NCBI RefSeq assembly: GCF_009914755.1
Contig: NC_060931.1
Strand: one strand, 5' to 3'
DNA from: the human T2T-CHM13v2.0 reference genome, Homo sapiens
Length of the DNA stretch: 64,000 bases
This document shows positions 47,668 through 61,886 of the stretch, piece after piece; within the stretch, counting starts at the first letter, position 1, and the number at the start of each line of letters is the position of its first letter. A model generated the notes under the pieces. The model was not told where the DNA came from and did no database searches. It was given only the letters and a program-made list of their open reading frames with translations. Position numbers and translations under genes: made by a program.

Positions 47668-48060
47668 TATTTGGAGATAACTATCTATGGATCTTGCATT
47701 TCTGCTTGTCTTGAAAAGTGAGACGTTGACTGGTCTGTTTCAGACTACCTTTTCAGTTACGCTTGTCTAGAAAACACCCTTGACAGAGATAATGTTTCCA
47801 TCTGGAGCAAAAAGCAAGTTTGCTTATAGACTTGGAAGATAGTAGGGTCTTCCTCCAGAGCAAAGATGTATGCATGTATGCATGCTTACTGCCCAGTATA
47901 ATAAAAATAATGTCACTCTCCAAGGCAAAAAGTAAACATGCTTCTCACTCATTTGAAAGATTGGGTTTAAAAACCTCAGGGTTCCTTTCCTCCAAGGCAA
48001 CCTTATGCATATGTAGGTATAATCTGACCCATTTTTATCCATCCTGTGGACTTGGGGCTC
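47668..48060 (+). mobile_element. 3' LTR, LTR40-like, 3'-truncated
   Basis: tatttggagataactatctatgg...gcatttctgc...cctcagggttcctttcct...ctgtggacttgggg; homologous to 44690-45010. Confidence 0.75.
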
Positions 48061-51000
48061 AAAATTTATCTTAAAGAAATCATTGCAAAGTCTGCAAATA
48101 TGTAGGGCTATATACACAAGGAAAGTCTTTGCAGCATTGTTTACAATGGTAAAATACAACTGTTTATCAACAGAGGACTACTAAACTATATTACAGTTAT
48201 ATTATACATGTTCTATGGTATAAAAGCTCAAGGGTGAGTTCCGGGCTAGAGGTGTAGATTTGGGAGCTGTTTTACACACACACACAGAGAAACCAACATT
48301 AAGTTATTAACGGAATAGGATACCCCACAGAGAGCATATAAAATATGCCAAATATTCCAAAGATGAAATGTACAAAACAACATTTTTGTCATAAGCAAAA
48401 TAAATTTAGACAATGAAAGCAGGGGTATTGAATCTAGAAAGAGTCTCTAAGAATAAATGTGTTTTATTCTCAAGAGGAAATATATTCCTTAAATACAACC
48501 TCTTTTGTTGGCACTCATAGGTTTATTGCCATGGACAATTTGGAAAGCTCAGTGAAACCACAAAGGGGGTGAGAAAATAATGTCAATGGAGAGTATAGAC
48601 ACATATTTTTTAATTCTTACAATACAACACACTTTTTGAATAAAAAATACTAAAAACAAAGCTCTATATAATATTTTTGGCTAGAAGGAATATGCAGAAG
48701 CCAGTGATTTTCAAGATAAGTAACTGAAGGAAGATAGGAGACATTCATCTTCCTAAAAGAAATTAAAAAGAGGGCATAGGTTTTTAAATGTCTTGAAACC
48801 AGTCTGAGCAGAGTCGAGGTCTGTAGACCATGCCCATTAAGCCATGGATGAGTGCCTTTTCCTCAGTCACTGTGGTTTTCCCAGCCAGATGGGAAGAGAG
48901 GGCTAAGAATGCATATGTGTACAACTCATCCCTATCTCAGGGATCTCAGGATCTATTTTAATTCTTCTTTTAAAATAACATGATTTTCTAAAATTAAAAT
49001 TCATAAAGGCCAATAATAAGGAATATTCTAGAGAAATGTCAAACATCATGAAGGTTACATTTGCCAATTTTTTGCCCTGCTTAAAAAAAAAAAAAGAAAA
49101 GAAGAAGAAAGAAAAACTGGAAGAGAGTATATTACGTTTGACAAAGGATTTCAAAGACTGCTTCTTTGATTCAACTGTTTGGAAATGTTATGGAAAGGAA
49201 TCCTGATAATAAAACAAAACATATCAAAGAATTAATTGTGAAATATCTGCCCTCTCACTGTCTCCACTTTCCCCTCCCCACCCCCTTTCACCACGACTAG
49301 GATCTTACAGAGTTGAAAATCAGAACAAAGCGGTGAGAGCAGACAAACAGAACATAAGACTTGACACGTCTGTGAAGAAGAATGACAGGTAAAGTGGTCG
49401 CCTGTGTTATTTGGGGGAAGGTTCATTATAGGATGGTAATTAAAATTATCCCTCACATTGGTAAGTGAGAAGAAGCAGAGCATACTATTTCTCTGAATTA
49501 TTTCCTAGTCTCCTAAGACCGATCCCTCCCTCCAGTGCCCTCCTGACAATTTGTGCAATGTTCCCAGATTCTCTCCTCATCAATTTTCTTCTTGGTTTTT
49601 GAAAGAGAGAAACCCAAGTCATTTTCCAGACCTAGCTCTTTGTGCTTACTATCGCAGATTGCCTTAAAAGGTATGTGCCATGAGACCCTGTGTATTAAGG
49701 ATGAGAGAGGCTCACCATGGAGCCTATGCGTCACATGAAGGATTTATAAAATAAAAGGCTATTTATAGATTACAATCTAAACTCTCATCACATTCTTTTC
49801 CTTCCCAGAGAATCCCACTTGGATTTCTCTCCATTTCCCTTTCCTTGCTAATTGAATCTTCCTTTTTTAATGTCTCTTTCCATTGTCTTGTCTTTGTTTT
49901 CTTTGAAGAGAAAGTTAGGCTTTTATTTTCATTTTATTTTTTTTCATCCTGTTTTCTCTTGAATAGATGGTTTGTTGTTTTGTATCTCACCGCTAAGTTC
50001 AGAAATTCTCCACATTATTTACTTAATGAACTAATTACAATTCTTCTGACTTTAATTTGGTCATTTACAATTTGTGTTTGGTTACCTTGAGTTCCTAGAC
50101 TGACACAAATTGTGTCACTTCTACAGGCTACAAATGCCATTGAAAATAAAAATTTGGTGTCGTTCCAATCAGTCAGCTCTCCCTTCTCCTTTTTAATTAT
50201 TTATTTTATTTTTAAGGCTCAAACTTCTGTCATTATGAAGAGGGTTGTTCATTATTCCAAAAACTGCTAAGAACAGGATTGCTACCCAAGCAGAAGAGAA
50301 TCTGTTTTAAGTGGTGAGACATTTGGGTTGATTGTGGAAGAAAAAGGTGGTGCCTCATGCCTTTCCTTCACTGGTAGAAATGCTTTATTTTAGAATTCTC
50401 AGACCTGGTCCTTATTCACATTATTCCCAAAATAGAATGCAGTGACATTTATAAAAGGAGGAATGACTTCTACTTTGTTTCCTTATAACTCAAATGTTTT
50501 AAAACTTAAACACTTCATTAAAAAAGATTAAAAGTATATACCTGTTAACACTAATATACTTAATTTAGTGGATTCGAGTTTGTAGAATGTTAAAACAATA
50601 AGATTAAGTATTGAAAGAGTCATTCTAAATATTTATTTAGCTCCACTACCTGTATCAATGTAATTGGTGTTTCTCTGAGATACAAAGAAAGCAGAATTAA
50701 ATTCAACAAATATTTATTAAATTGCTAATATGTCCAAGACACTGTGCTAAGTATTGCATGGAATACAAATAGACAATATGCAAAGGAACTTACAGTCTGG
50801 TAAGCTAAGGTTAATGAATCCTTAAAATTACATGCAAAATTGTGTGTGTAGGTGGCATGTGTGTGTGTGTATTCATATGTGTTTTTCTGAAAAGAGGTGT
50901 ATTATCTTCTAGATTCTCAAATAGTTCAATGGCCCCAAAACATTAAAACTCATGTGCAAATACAGAGTAAACTCAGAGCAGTAAAAGAAATTCAAACAAA

Positions 51001-52350
51001 GAACTCTTTTTGTCCCAGCTCCTTCAATTGCCTACGTGGTGCTTGGGACTGGGCTACGTACTGGGCTGGCCATTTACAAAGAATTTTACAAGGCAAAGGA
51101 ACACAAACCTCAGGATTAGAAAGCAAGTTTAAAAGTTAATGCTAAGGAGTGGGATATTAAATGTTACAAGAGATAAGAGAATAGTCAGTAAATCCTGAAA
51201 TAGGAGAAGCAGACTCCCCGAGGAAAGATAATTCTGAATGGAGCCTTGAAGGACGTGTAAGGCTTGAATGATTAGAACCAGAAGTCCATGCCTCTGCCTC
51301 TGTCTAGGTATCGAGAGACATGTAAACAAAGCTAGAGAGGAGGAAGTGAGCAAGAAATGGATGGGGATGGAAGCTCTTCTGGATGCTTCCCAAACCAAGG
51401 GGATTCTAGACCCAAACTATCTGCAACTCAACTGTTCTTCAACCCAGCTCCTGAAGTTGCCACACCTGTTACATGATTGCTGGCTAGACCAGAAAGAGAG
51501 ATTATGTGTGTGTAAACTTGTATGCCTAAACACACACACGTACATTCATATTAGCTTCTCATACATATGTATGTGCTAATGTATATGTACGTTAGCATCT
51601 CTCACATAGCCCTTTTGATTATCTTTTGATCACTGCTCATTAACTAATGTATTCATTAAAAGCCTACCTTTTGCCAAGCTTTGAGTAAGAACTGAAGATG
51701 AAAAGTAGTTTCCATCATTCCATTTCCCTAGGAGAGCATTATAAAGACAGCAGCATGCAGAAAGGCAAGGAGGTGGGTAACCTGTGGCCCTCCCTGGAAA
51801 TATAACAGCAAGTATTTCATTTGAATGGCTGTTGAAAGAGAGGTTCAACAAGGAATGAATTTGATGAAGTAAGACCACATGGAAAACAATGTGCATCGTG
51901 TTCAGACTTTGGTTTCGGATACCAGAGAAGCTATGAAAGGTTTTCAGCAGAGGAGTAATGCCAGTAGATGCAGATTTTAGAAAGTTGGTCTGGCAGTAAT
52001 GCGAACAGTGGGGTAGATGAAGTAAAACTAAAGATCAGGATAAATATGCAGAGTGGTACAATAGACTAAGGGATAGAAGATGTCATACAGAGGTAAAACT
52101 AGGGTTGGTAATTTATCAGATGTGAGAAGTGAAGGAAACGGAGGAATCTAGGAAAATTAATTACCAGGTGTAAGGTGTGGGTGACTGAGTAGACAGTTGT
52201 TCTGCTAACCAAGGTAGAAAACACAAAAGGGGGAGAAAGTCAAATCATTATAAACTTGCTTGGGAGAGTTTAAATATGAGGAATCTGCAGAATTAAAGCT
52301 GTTGAATGGTCTGCTTTATAAAAAATGAAGCTTGGAAAGGATTCCTAGAT

Positions 52351-53070
52351 CAAGGTCAGCAAATGAGGTCCAGCAGGCCCCATCTGGCCCGTTGCCTGTT
52401 TGTGTATGGCCTGTGAACTTAGAAGAGTTTTATCATATTTAAAAGATTGAAAAAAAAAAACAAACAAAAGAAGACCAATATGTTGCATTCATTTCCTAGG
52501 GATGGTATAGTAAAATACCACCAACTGAGTGTCTTAAACCACAGAAATTTACTTTCTCACAGTTCTGGAGGCTGGAGGTTGACAGTGCTTTCTTCTGAGG
52601 CCTCTGCCCTGGGCTTGTTGGTAGCCATTTGTGCCCTTCGTATTCATAAGATTTTCCTTCTATAGTCATCGGTGTCCTACTTCCTCTTCTTATACAGGAT
52701 GCCAGTTATATTGGATTAGGGTCCACCATAATGATCTCATTTTGATTTAATTATCTCATTAAAGACTGTTTCCAAATACTGTCACATTCTAAGGCACTTA
52801 AAGTTAGGACTGCAACATATGAATTTTGAGGGGACATGATTCAACCCATAACATACATCACCACATGAGAAAGTTTCACGAAATTCAGATTTCAGTGTCC
52901 ATAAAAACACTTTTATTGGAACACAGCCATGCTCATTCTTTTCTGTATTGTCTGTGGTTGCTTTCACACCACAATAGCCAGAGTGAGTAGTTGTGACTGA
53001 GACAGTATGGCCTGTTAAGGCTAAACAATCTACACTCTGGCCCTTTACAGAAAAACTTTGCTGTCTTCTA
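52351..53070 (-). mobile_element. MER58B hAT-Charlie MITE, interrupted by MLT1A0
   Basis: TIRs caaggtcagcaaa / tttgctgtcttcta; ttttattggaacacagccatgctcatt; tggccctttacagaaaaa; 8-bp TSD tcctagat/ttctagat. Confidence 0.85.
52484..52853 (-). mobile_element. MLT1A0-like MaLR solo LTR
   Basis: tgttatgggttgaatcatgtcccctcaaaattcatatgttg start on minus; TSD tatgt/tacat. Confidence 0.85.
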
Positions 53071-53395
53071 TTCTAGATAGAAGATGAGTTGGTAGTTACC
53101 AGTTTAGAGCTGGTAGTAGAAGTGATGAGATTATTAAGGAGGAGTGAGTTGTGTGAAAGAACAAAAGGGCAAGACTTGCACTGTTAAGACACAAACAGGC
53201 CAGAGAAGGAAGGGGAAAGATGCTACCAAGGTAATGGAGACAGAATGAGCAGGGCTGTCAGATGAAAACAAGATTGAGCTGTGTACACTGTATTTCACAA
53301 AAGAGGGCTCAATGACTGAAAACACTGACAAGAAAAACAGGGTTCTGATGTGGAATCTAGCATTTCACAGTGATTATAGATATAATATATTAAGC

Positions 53396-53798
53396 ATTTT
53401 TAATATATATAATTAATATATTATATATTAATTATATATATAATATATTAATTATATATAATTAATATATTATATTAATTATATATAATTAATATATTAT
53501 ATTAATTATATATAATTAATATAATATATTAATTATATATAATTAATATAATATATTAATTATATATTATATAATATATAATATATTAATTATATATAAT
53601 TAATATAATATAATATATTAATTATATATAATTAATATAATATAATATATTAATTATATATAATTAATATAATATAATATATTAATTATATATAATATAA
53701 TATAATATAATATATAATATATTAATTATATATTATATAATTAATATATAATATATTAATTATATATTATATAATATAATTATATATAAAAATATAAA
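53396..53798. repeat. 403-bp pure A/T minisatellite-like tract
   Basis: No G or C; recurring unit atattaattatatataattaatat. Confidence 0.95.
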
Positions 53799-54601
53799 CA
53801 CACATATACCCACACACACCACTGCTGTTTTGCTATTTACATGACTTGCAGAACTTTCCTCAAGAAAAAAAAAATCAGTGTCTATACTATAAGTATTTAT
53901 ATTCTGAAAACCCTTCTTGTGAAATTTTCTCTAGGATAATATTTTAGCCAGTGAGTAAAGTGAGATAAAAAGAACAATTTCAAATACATTCTAAAGCCAG
54001 TTATTGGGTACACATTTTAAGGAGTGAGATTTGCAAGTATTTCTGCCTATATATATCAAATTTACCAGAAAATACTAAATTTCTATTTCACTTTGTGCTG
54101 AGGAAATCACTGTACTTTGTAATTTATTCCTTTAATGTTACTCTCAAATTCTTAACTATTTCTTTTTAAAGCAAACCACTTTCACATAAAGAGTGGATTC
54201 TACTAAACTTCCATATTTTGTATTGTTTCATATTTTGTGCCTTGAGTTTTCTTCAAGAGACACGGCAATGAGAACTTTATCACTAATAAAAAGACATTTG
54301 AATAGAAAAGCGAGCCATAATCATGAACCAAGAGTTTCAAAATCATGTTTAGATCAAAACAGATGCACCCTTTGTATGCATTAATTATCAGTGAAGAAGA
54401 CCTATATATGGTTATAGGCATTGCTTGCTATCAATAAAAAATTAATTCAAACATTTAAACTCAGAGTATAAGAGCATAAGCACATGGCAGAGCACTGAAG
54501 AGGGAACTGTCACTAAAATTTAATACAATAAAGACAAATACAGGATGAAAACACAGGATAATTGTTTCTTCAGTGCAATTTTATTACTATCAAAATTCCT
54601 T

Positions 54602-54893
54602 GGCCAGGCTCGGTGGCTCACGCCTGTAATCCCAGCCCTTTGGGAGGCTGAGGCGGGCGGATCACTTGAGGTCAGGAGTTCAAGACCAGCATGGCCAATA
54701 CGGTGAAACCCCATCTCTACTAAAAATATAGAAATGAGCCTGGCGTAGTGGCACATGCTGTAATCCCAGCTACTTAGGAGGCTGAGGCAGGAGAATTGCT
54801 TGATCCCAGGAGGCAGACATTGCAGTGAGCCAAGATTGCGCCACTGCAATCCAGTCTGGGCAATAAAGTGAGACCCTAACTAAAAACAAAAAA
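54602..54893 (+). mobile_element. AluSx
   Basis: Full dimer, ggatcacttgaggtcaggagttcaagacc. Confidence 0.93.
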
Positions 54894-57487
54894 AGTTTAT
54901 GTGACCTATCTTTACTCTTCTTTTGAAAATTATTTATTCCTCTATTATCATCATCATTATTGGTTATTATCTTTAAATCTGCATTTTTCCAATAGGTTTT
55001 CAACCCTGTCTACATTTCTTGGTACATTATTTACATATTTTCTAGCTACAGTTATTTATTTTCTAGCATTTTGCTTCTTAGCTAAGAAAAAAAATTTGCT
55101 GAAAAAATAGAAACTATTTTTGAGTACACGTCAATTGGAAGTAAGTGCTTACTTTAATGCACATTCTAATATTTATATTCGTCTGGACTTCTAATTACTT
55201 TATCATTTCAGGAGCAATGGAATAGAGTGGTCTGCACATGAGAAAAATATTTCCATTTGAAAGACCCAACACTCTATTTAGAAATGGTGCCTGCATATCA
55301 AAGTGCTGAAAATAGATTTCTTAATTAGGTGATTTTAATAAATAAATGCAAATGATAATGTGCTTGGTGCTCATAACTAACATAAGAGCATAATCGTAAT
55401 TGCCAAGATAAATAGTTCTTCAGCCACATTCTTGTACTTAAATGACTGTCTCCTTCCTAGGAAAACACTTGATTTCAAAGGAAAAAGTCTGGATTTCTTG
55501 AATGCTTTTATATCCAGACAAATTTCCTATTGAATGTCATGAACTAACTCTACCTTGAAAAGCAGCTTTAGTATAAAATGTATTCTCAAAGAAGACTATT
55601 TCCTAGAAAATAAGATCATCATCACTTTGGTCCCAGACAGTTTTGCTAGATGGATACTACATTGACACAACTTCTAGTTGTGTTTTACTTTCAGGAAAAA
55701 ATATTCCTGGCTGATAGAGGGATTGAAAAAGAAAAGAATGTGTTGTTAAAATATTCTTAAAGCTGTCCTGACTCATTCATTGTTTTTTTTTTAACCAAAT
55801 TCCATGCTTTGTAATTCTTAAGAGTATGAGTATGGATGTTTAATTCAGCATACGCTGAAATTCTCAAAAGGCAAGCAAACATTTTATGAGAATGTGGCGA
55901 CTGTTCATATGACCAAAGTTTATATGCTGGGTACTCAGCTCCCAAAGATAGAGTGGGCAAGGCTGAACTCTAATGGCACTGTGAGGCCTGCTAGTTGCTA
56001 TCATTTTATATTCCTAAATCATTAGTAGAGGAGGGAATTTATGCCTAACTTTTCTTTAATTAAAGTGCAGATGGGAGAACAGCTGCACAGGCTTCAGCCT
56101 GTTTTCCAATTAATCAAGGGTTAAATTCAGGAATACTGGAGAATGAGTGATTAGTTCTACTTTTTGGCTGTATCTTTATCAATTGCCAAAGTTTTACACA
56201 AGTAAAATTACCCATTTCCACATCTATCATTTGTTTCTTTATTTTTCTTTTTTTTTTGTATAAACCATAAATAATCTAGTATTTGACCCAATTTTGTAAG
56301 TTACATAGTTCTGGTTTATTTGTTTGTGTGCCTGTTCTCCAAATGTACTTAATCCCTCAACACTCTTCACACACATACTACACTTAGACTGCTGGATAGC
56401 CAAGCAGAAAAAATATTTCCAGTCTAAGAAGGTTGTTTCCTAAGTTAGGCAATATTTTAGCTTTCCTAAAGATGTTTTCTTTCATCACTTTTTGATGAAA
56501 ATTCCATATGTCCCCATGGCTCACATAATAGAAAATGTAATCATATACATCTGGGCAGGATGAAGAATGCCAAGGCTGACCCAGGAGCCAAATTGCCTTA
56601 CCTTAATCTTCCTCACTTAGTTCAGGAAAAAATGTTAAAACTTAAAATAATAGGGTCTAGAAGCACTAAAATGGCTCTATTTCACAGAATTTGGAACAGT
56701 AATGTTAAAACATTTTAGAATGTTCATAACGCCACCAATTAAGCTGCTAAAGTTTGGAAGGTTTTTGCTTCAATATAACAATTCCTCCCCCTGATTCCAT
56801 TTTCATTTGAGCAGTTAAGAATAATACACATAGCACCTGTGTGAATTATGAGCCTCGCCATTTTTGTTTTTCCTTTCTTCATTTACAGCCTCCACCCTTT
56901 TTATCTTCTCCAGTCCACACTTTGGCCTATTCCCTAAGTCCTTCTTTGTTGCTGATTATCTTTTCAATTTAATATAATTACATATTAATTGGAGCTCCTA
57001 AAAGCCCATATGCATTGTCACAAAAATACTACTAATAAAGGACCTGAGAGGCTGTGAAAACAAGCTATTTCTCCTCCTAAGTAAACTTTGGTTATTATAT
57101 TCATGTATTAAAATCCAGTTTCTGTCAATGTTGGTTATTGGATCACAGGAGAATGGCTAGATTCATTTGGAAGGTGTGTTTGGGACGTGACATACAAAAT
57201 TTGTTTTGGTGTACCCTGACTGATGGTGGTGATAAAGGTTATCTAGAAAGGTAGGCAGTCATCCACAAGTGCCAGATTTGAGGCTGCTATAGAAAGGGAA
57301 AACAATAGTGTTTTCAAATATGAGCCCCAAAGGGCAGGGGTTCATTTGCAATTAGGCAGCTTCACTTGTAGACATTCCCATAGGTGAGCAGTAGCAAGGA
57401 CTTCTGTTTAATGATAGTTTTTTATTCTTCTAAGCAGTTCTGGAATGTCTAGCTTGTACAGAACAATGCTGTATTATTTAAAAAATA

Positions 57488-57488
<1 letters not shown>

Positions 57489-57534
<46 letters not shown>
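57489..57534. repeat. (TA)23 perfect microsatellite
   Basis: Directly visible. Confidence 0.95.
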
Positions 57535-57537
<3 letters not shown>

Positions 57538-57717
57538 CCAAAATGGTATAAATCGATAGTTTTATATTATTTATATTTTGACCAAAATACCTCTGGAGAA
57601 GAACAAAGACAAATTTCAGGAGAAGAAACCAAGTTGTAAAGAGCTCAAGGGGATTCAACATACTGCTTTTTGTTTTGTCTTCTTTTGTTATCTATCAAGT
57701 GTCAAGTACTATACTGT

Positions 57718-58083
57718 TGTGTTATATTGTTTCTGCATTGCTATAAAAAAATACCTGAGACTGGGTAATTTATAAAGAAAAGAGGTTAAACTGGCTCACA
57801 GTTCTAGAGGCTGTAAAGGAAGTCTGGTGCCAGTATCTGCTCAGCTTATGGGGAGGCCTCAGGGAGCTTTTACTTATGATGGAAGGTGAAGTGGGAGTAG
57901 GGACATCACATGTCCCTTAAACAATCAGATCTCATGAGAACTCACTAGTATCATGAGGACAGAACCAAGCCGTGAGGGATCTGCTCCCATGACTCGAACA
58001 CTTCTTATCAGGCCCCATCTCCAACACTGGGGATGACATTTCAGTATGAGATTTGGATAGAGACAAATATCCAAACTATATCA
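57718..58083 (-). mobile_element. MSTB-like MaLR solo LTR with internal deletion
   Basis: tgatatagtttggatatttgtc start on minus; cattgctataaaaaaatacctgagactgggtaatttataaagaaaagagg. Confidence 0.85.
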
Positions 58084-58826
58084 ATAGTGTATAGTGATAG
58101 TGCACTATGCCGACACTGAGCAAAGCTGACTTGTCTTTCCTGGTTATACAGAAAAGCTTCACTAAGGTATCTGCCTCCATATATAAAACCCTACAATTTT
58201 AACTTTAAAGATGTTTTGCAGAGCAATCATTTATGCCACTAGAGGTTTGGGAAAATTTTGGCAAGACTAAACAAAATAAAAACTTTGACTATATAAACCT
58301 TCTAATTTGTTTGGACTAAAACCTTAATCAACAAATATTTACATTCTTAATTCACATAGAAACTATGTGAATTAACAAATATTTACCATCTTGTCTTTCT
58401 TCTTCCCATTTCTCATCCCCTCTCCCTTTCAATCTTCTCCAGCATTGTCCAGAATTCTTTTCCCTCATTTCCCTTGCCCTTGGTCTTGACCTCCCAAACT
58501 AAAGGAAAAAGCAGGACTATCTAGGGAGGAAATGGGAGTATGGGCGACCATGGCATTTGGGAGTAGAGAGGCTACCTGAATAGGTAGATTTAGAATAGAG
58601 CATGAAAAGCCCTTGGTGCCTTGGGGAGTATGAACTTATTCTGTAGGTGTTTTATTGAAGGACTATAAGCAGGACATTGACAAGATCAGATCTGTATTTC
58701 TGAAATATGATTACAACAGCATAGAGATGAACTAAAGAATAATTTAAATAATCCAGAAGAGAAGTAATGATCATCTGAAAGGGCTGTAACATAAAGATCT
58801 CATTATCACTTTTTGGCATAAGAGGC

Positions 58827-59534
<708 letters not shown>

Positions 59535-60649
59535 GTGGCCAATAGCTAAGGATTAAATAACTTGTTTGAAACACAGTTATCTGGATTATAACCTAGGTCT
59601 GTTGACTCACACTCCAGGAATATGTCTACTCTACTAGAGGGGATGCCAGAAAGCACTCTATTGCCATCCAGCATTGTGGCTTTAAAAAGGTAGCTTCTAA
59701 AGTGCTGCTACTGCCCATAGGAATCATTTATTAGCAAAGGGGTTGGCTAATGTCTTGAGAAATTTTTAAATTAGAGTACCTTTTTGAGAAACTAAATTGA
59801 TTTTTGATAGAAATTAGAAAGCAGAGCTATTCCTCTAAGAGCAAACATCATAAGGTAATTCAGAGTACTATGCCCAAGCCCTCACTCACACAGCATTACT
59901 CTGTATTATCCAGGGGATACTTTCAAGCAAAACCAAGGAGCATAGTTTATAAAAAAAAAAGATTAGATAGGACAGTTTATTTCTACTGCTTAAAACATCA
60001 TTTTCTCATGTGAAGTAAGACAAGAGGCACATATCTCTCTGCTTTCATAATAATGCTGTAATACCAATAACATAGTATCCAAAACAAACCAAGACATGGA
60101 CTAAGTGGAGATAATACAGAGCCTAAACTTAGGAATATATCTCAAATTTACTTTGCCTCATGTCATGTCAGCTCACATGATACTTAACATAGGATTTACA
60201 TGGGGGGTGATCAGATGCTATATACCATTAAGTAGATAGATACAATCACAAAAACCTCAAATATTTATTATATTAAATCATTGCATTATCCTATGGAAAT
60301 TTATTTAGCTCTACCATAAAGACTTCACGACTTGAAGAGGTAGAACAGTTTTACTAGTTTGTCAGAATTGTTATGTCAAGGCAAGGCCACTTATTTTTTT
60401 TAGTGAAATAAAGTGTATAATAACATTTCTTAATAAGTATGAAGCTAGCTACACGGAAATGTTCCTCAGAGAACTTGGACGTAAATGAGTTTGTGACAGA
60501 GAAGTAAATTGTAAAAGCAAAAAGTAATGGATCAGAGAAGAGATGTTCAGTTAATGGAAAGAGACAGGGCAGTTCATAGACCATACATTTGGGTTTAACT
60601 CTAATCCAATTATACACACACATGCTTACACACATGCATGCACACACAT

Positions 60650-60920
60650 CCCTTCAAAAGGACTGTGGCCGTCAGGAAGGCAACTGGTCAGCATGGACAT
60701 AAAAAGAGAGTCATAGAGGTGCCTATTAGCAGCCCATTCAAACACTTCTTAGTGTGGATGAAGATGCAGCCTTCAGCTGTCAGCTGTTTCTAATCCATAC
60801 AGCAAGGCTATCCCTTCAATGGAGGTGGATGGAGATGATGATAGCTGATGGACTTTACTAATTTCCACTCCCACTGGCAAGCCTCTTCGTGAGAAGGGTG
60901 TGTGACGCCACCTTTGAATG
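60650..60920 (-). mobile_element. Degenerate LTR16-like fragment
   Basis: cagccttcagctgtcagctg...gctgatggac...cactcccactggcaagcctctt. Confidence 0.35.
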
Positions 60921-61327
60921 AGGCCATTGCATATTTAATTTATTTAACTCTTTCTGTTCTCAAATAGCATTTTCCTGATTGTGATTTAGTTTCCCAAGTA
61001 GCTTGATAATGGAGAGAGAATATGCTAATCAAGAAAATAAACTATTCAAGTCCATATGATTGCCCCAGTTCTAATTGCAAATTAATACACTGACATTTTG
61101 GTATCTGTCCCTCAAACTTTATACATAGCAGTTACGTATAAGGAATTTTCTTAAGGCTATTTTAAGGGTAACAAAGGCAATTGGCAACTGAATCTGGACT
61201 TTATCTCATTCTGTCCAGTGCCGGAAGGCCTTACCTTACGTGACACCATGATCAACTCTTTCTTTTTCCACTTATTTCTACATTGAATAGTAAGAAAATC
61301 CTCTTACCACCAGTATATTTCTGTGAA

Positions 61328-61777
<450 letters not shown>

Positions 61778-61860
61778 CTATTCCTAAGCAAGAGAAACAT
61801 ATCTAGTTGGCCTTAAGTCAACCATATGCATCATACAAGTCAAAAATTATTCTCTTTAAA

Positions 61861-61886
61861 ACACACACACACACACACACGCACAC
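61861..61886. repeat. (CA)n microsatellite
   Basis: Directly visible. Confidence 0.9.

Larger units (their letters stand above)
50695..53330 (-). mobile_element. Scattered L2 fragments (about 50695-50810, 51130-51370, 51900-52340, 53080-53330)
   Basis: attcaacaaatatttattaaattgctaatatgtccaagacactgtgctaag; gagaagctatgaaaggttttcagcagaggagtaa. Confidence 0.55.
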
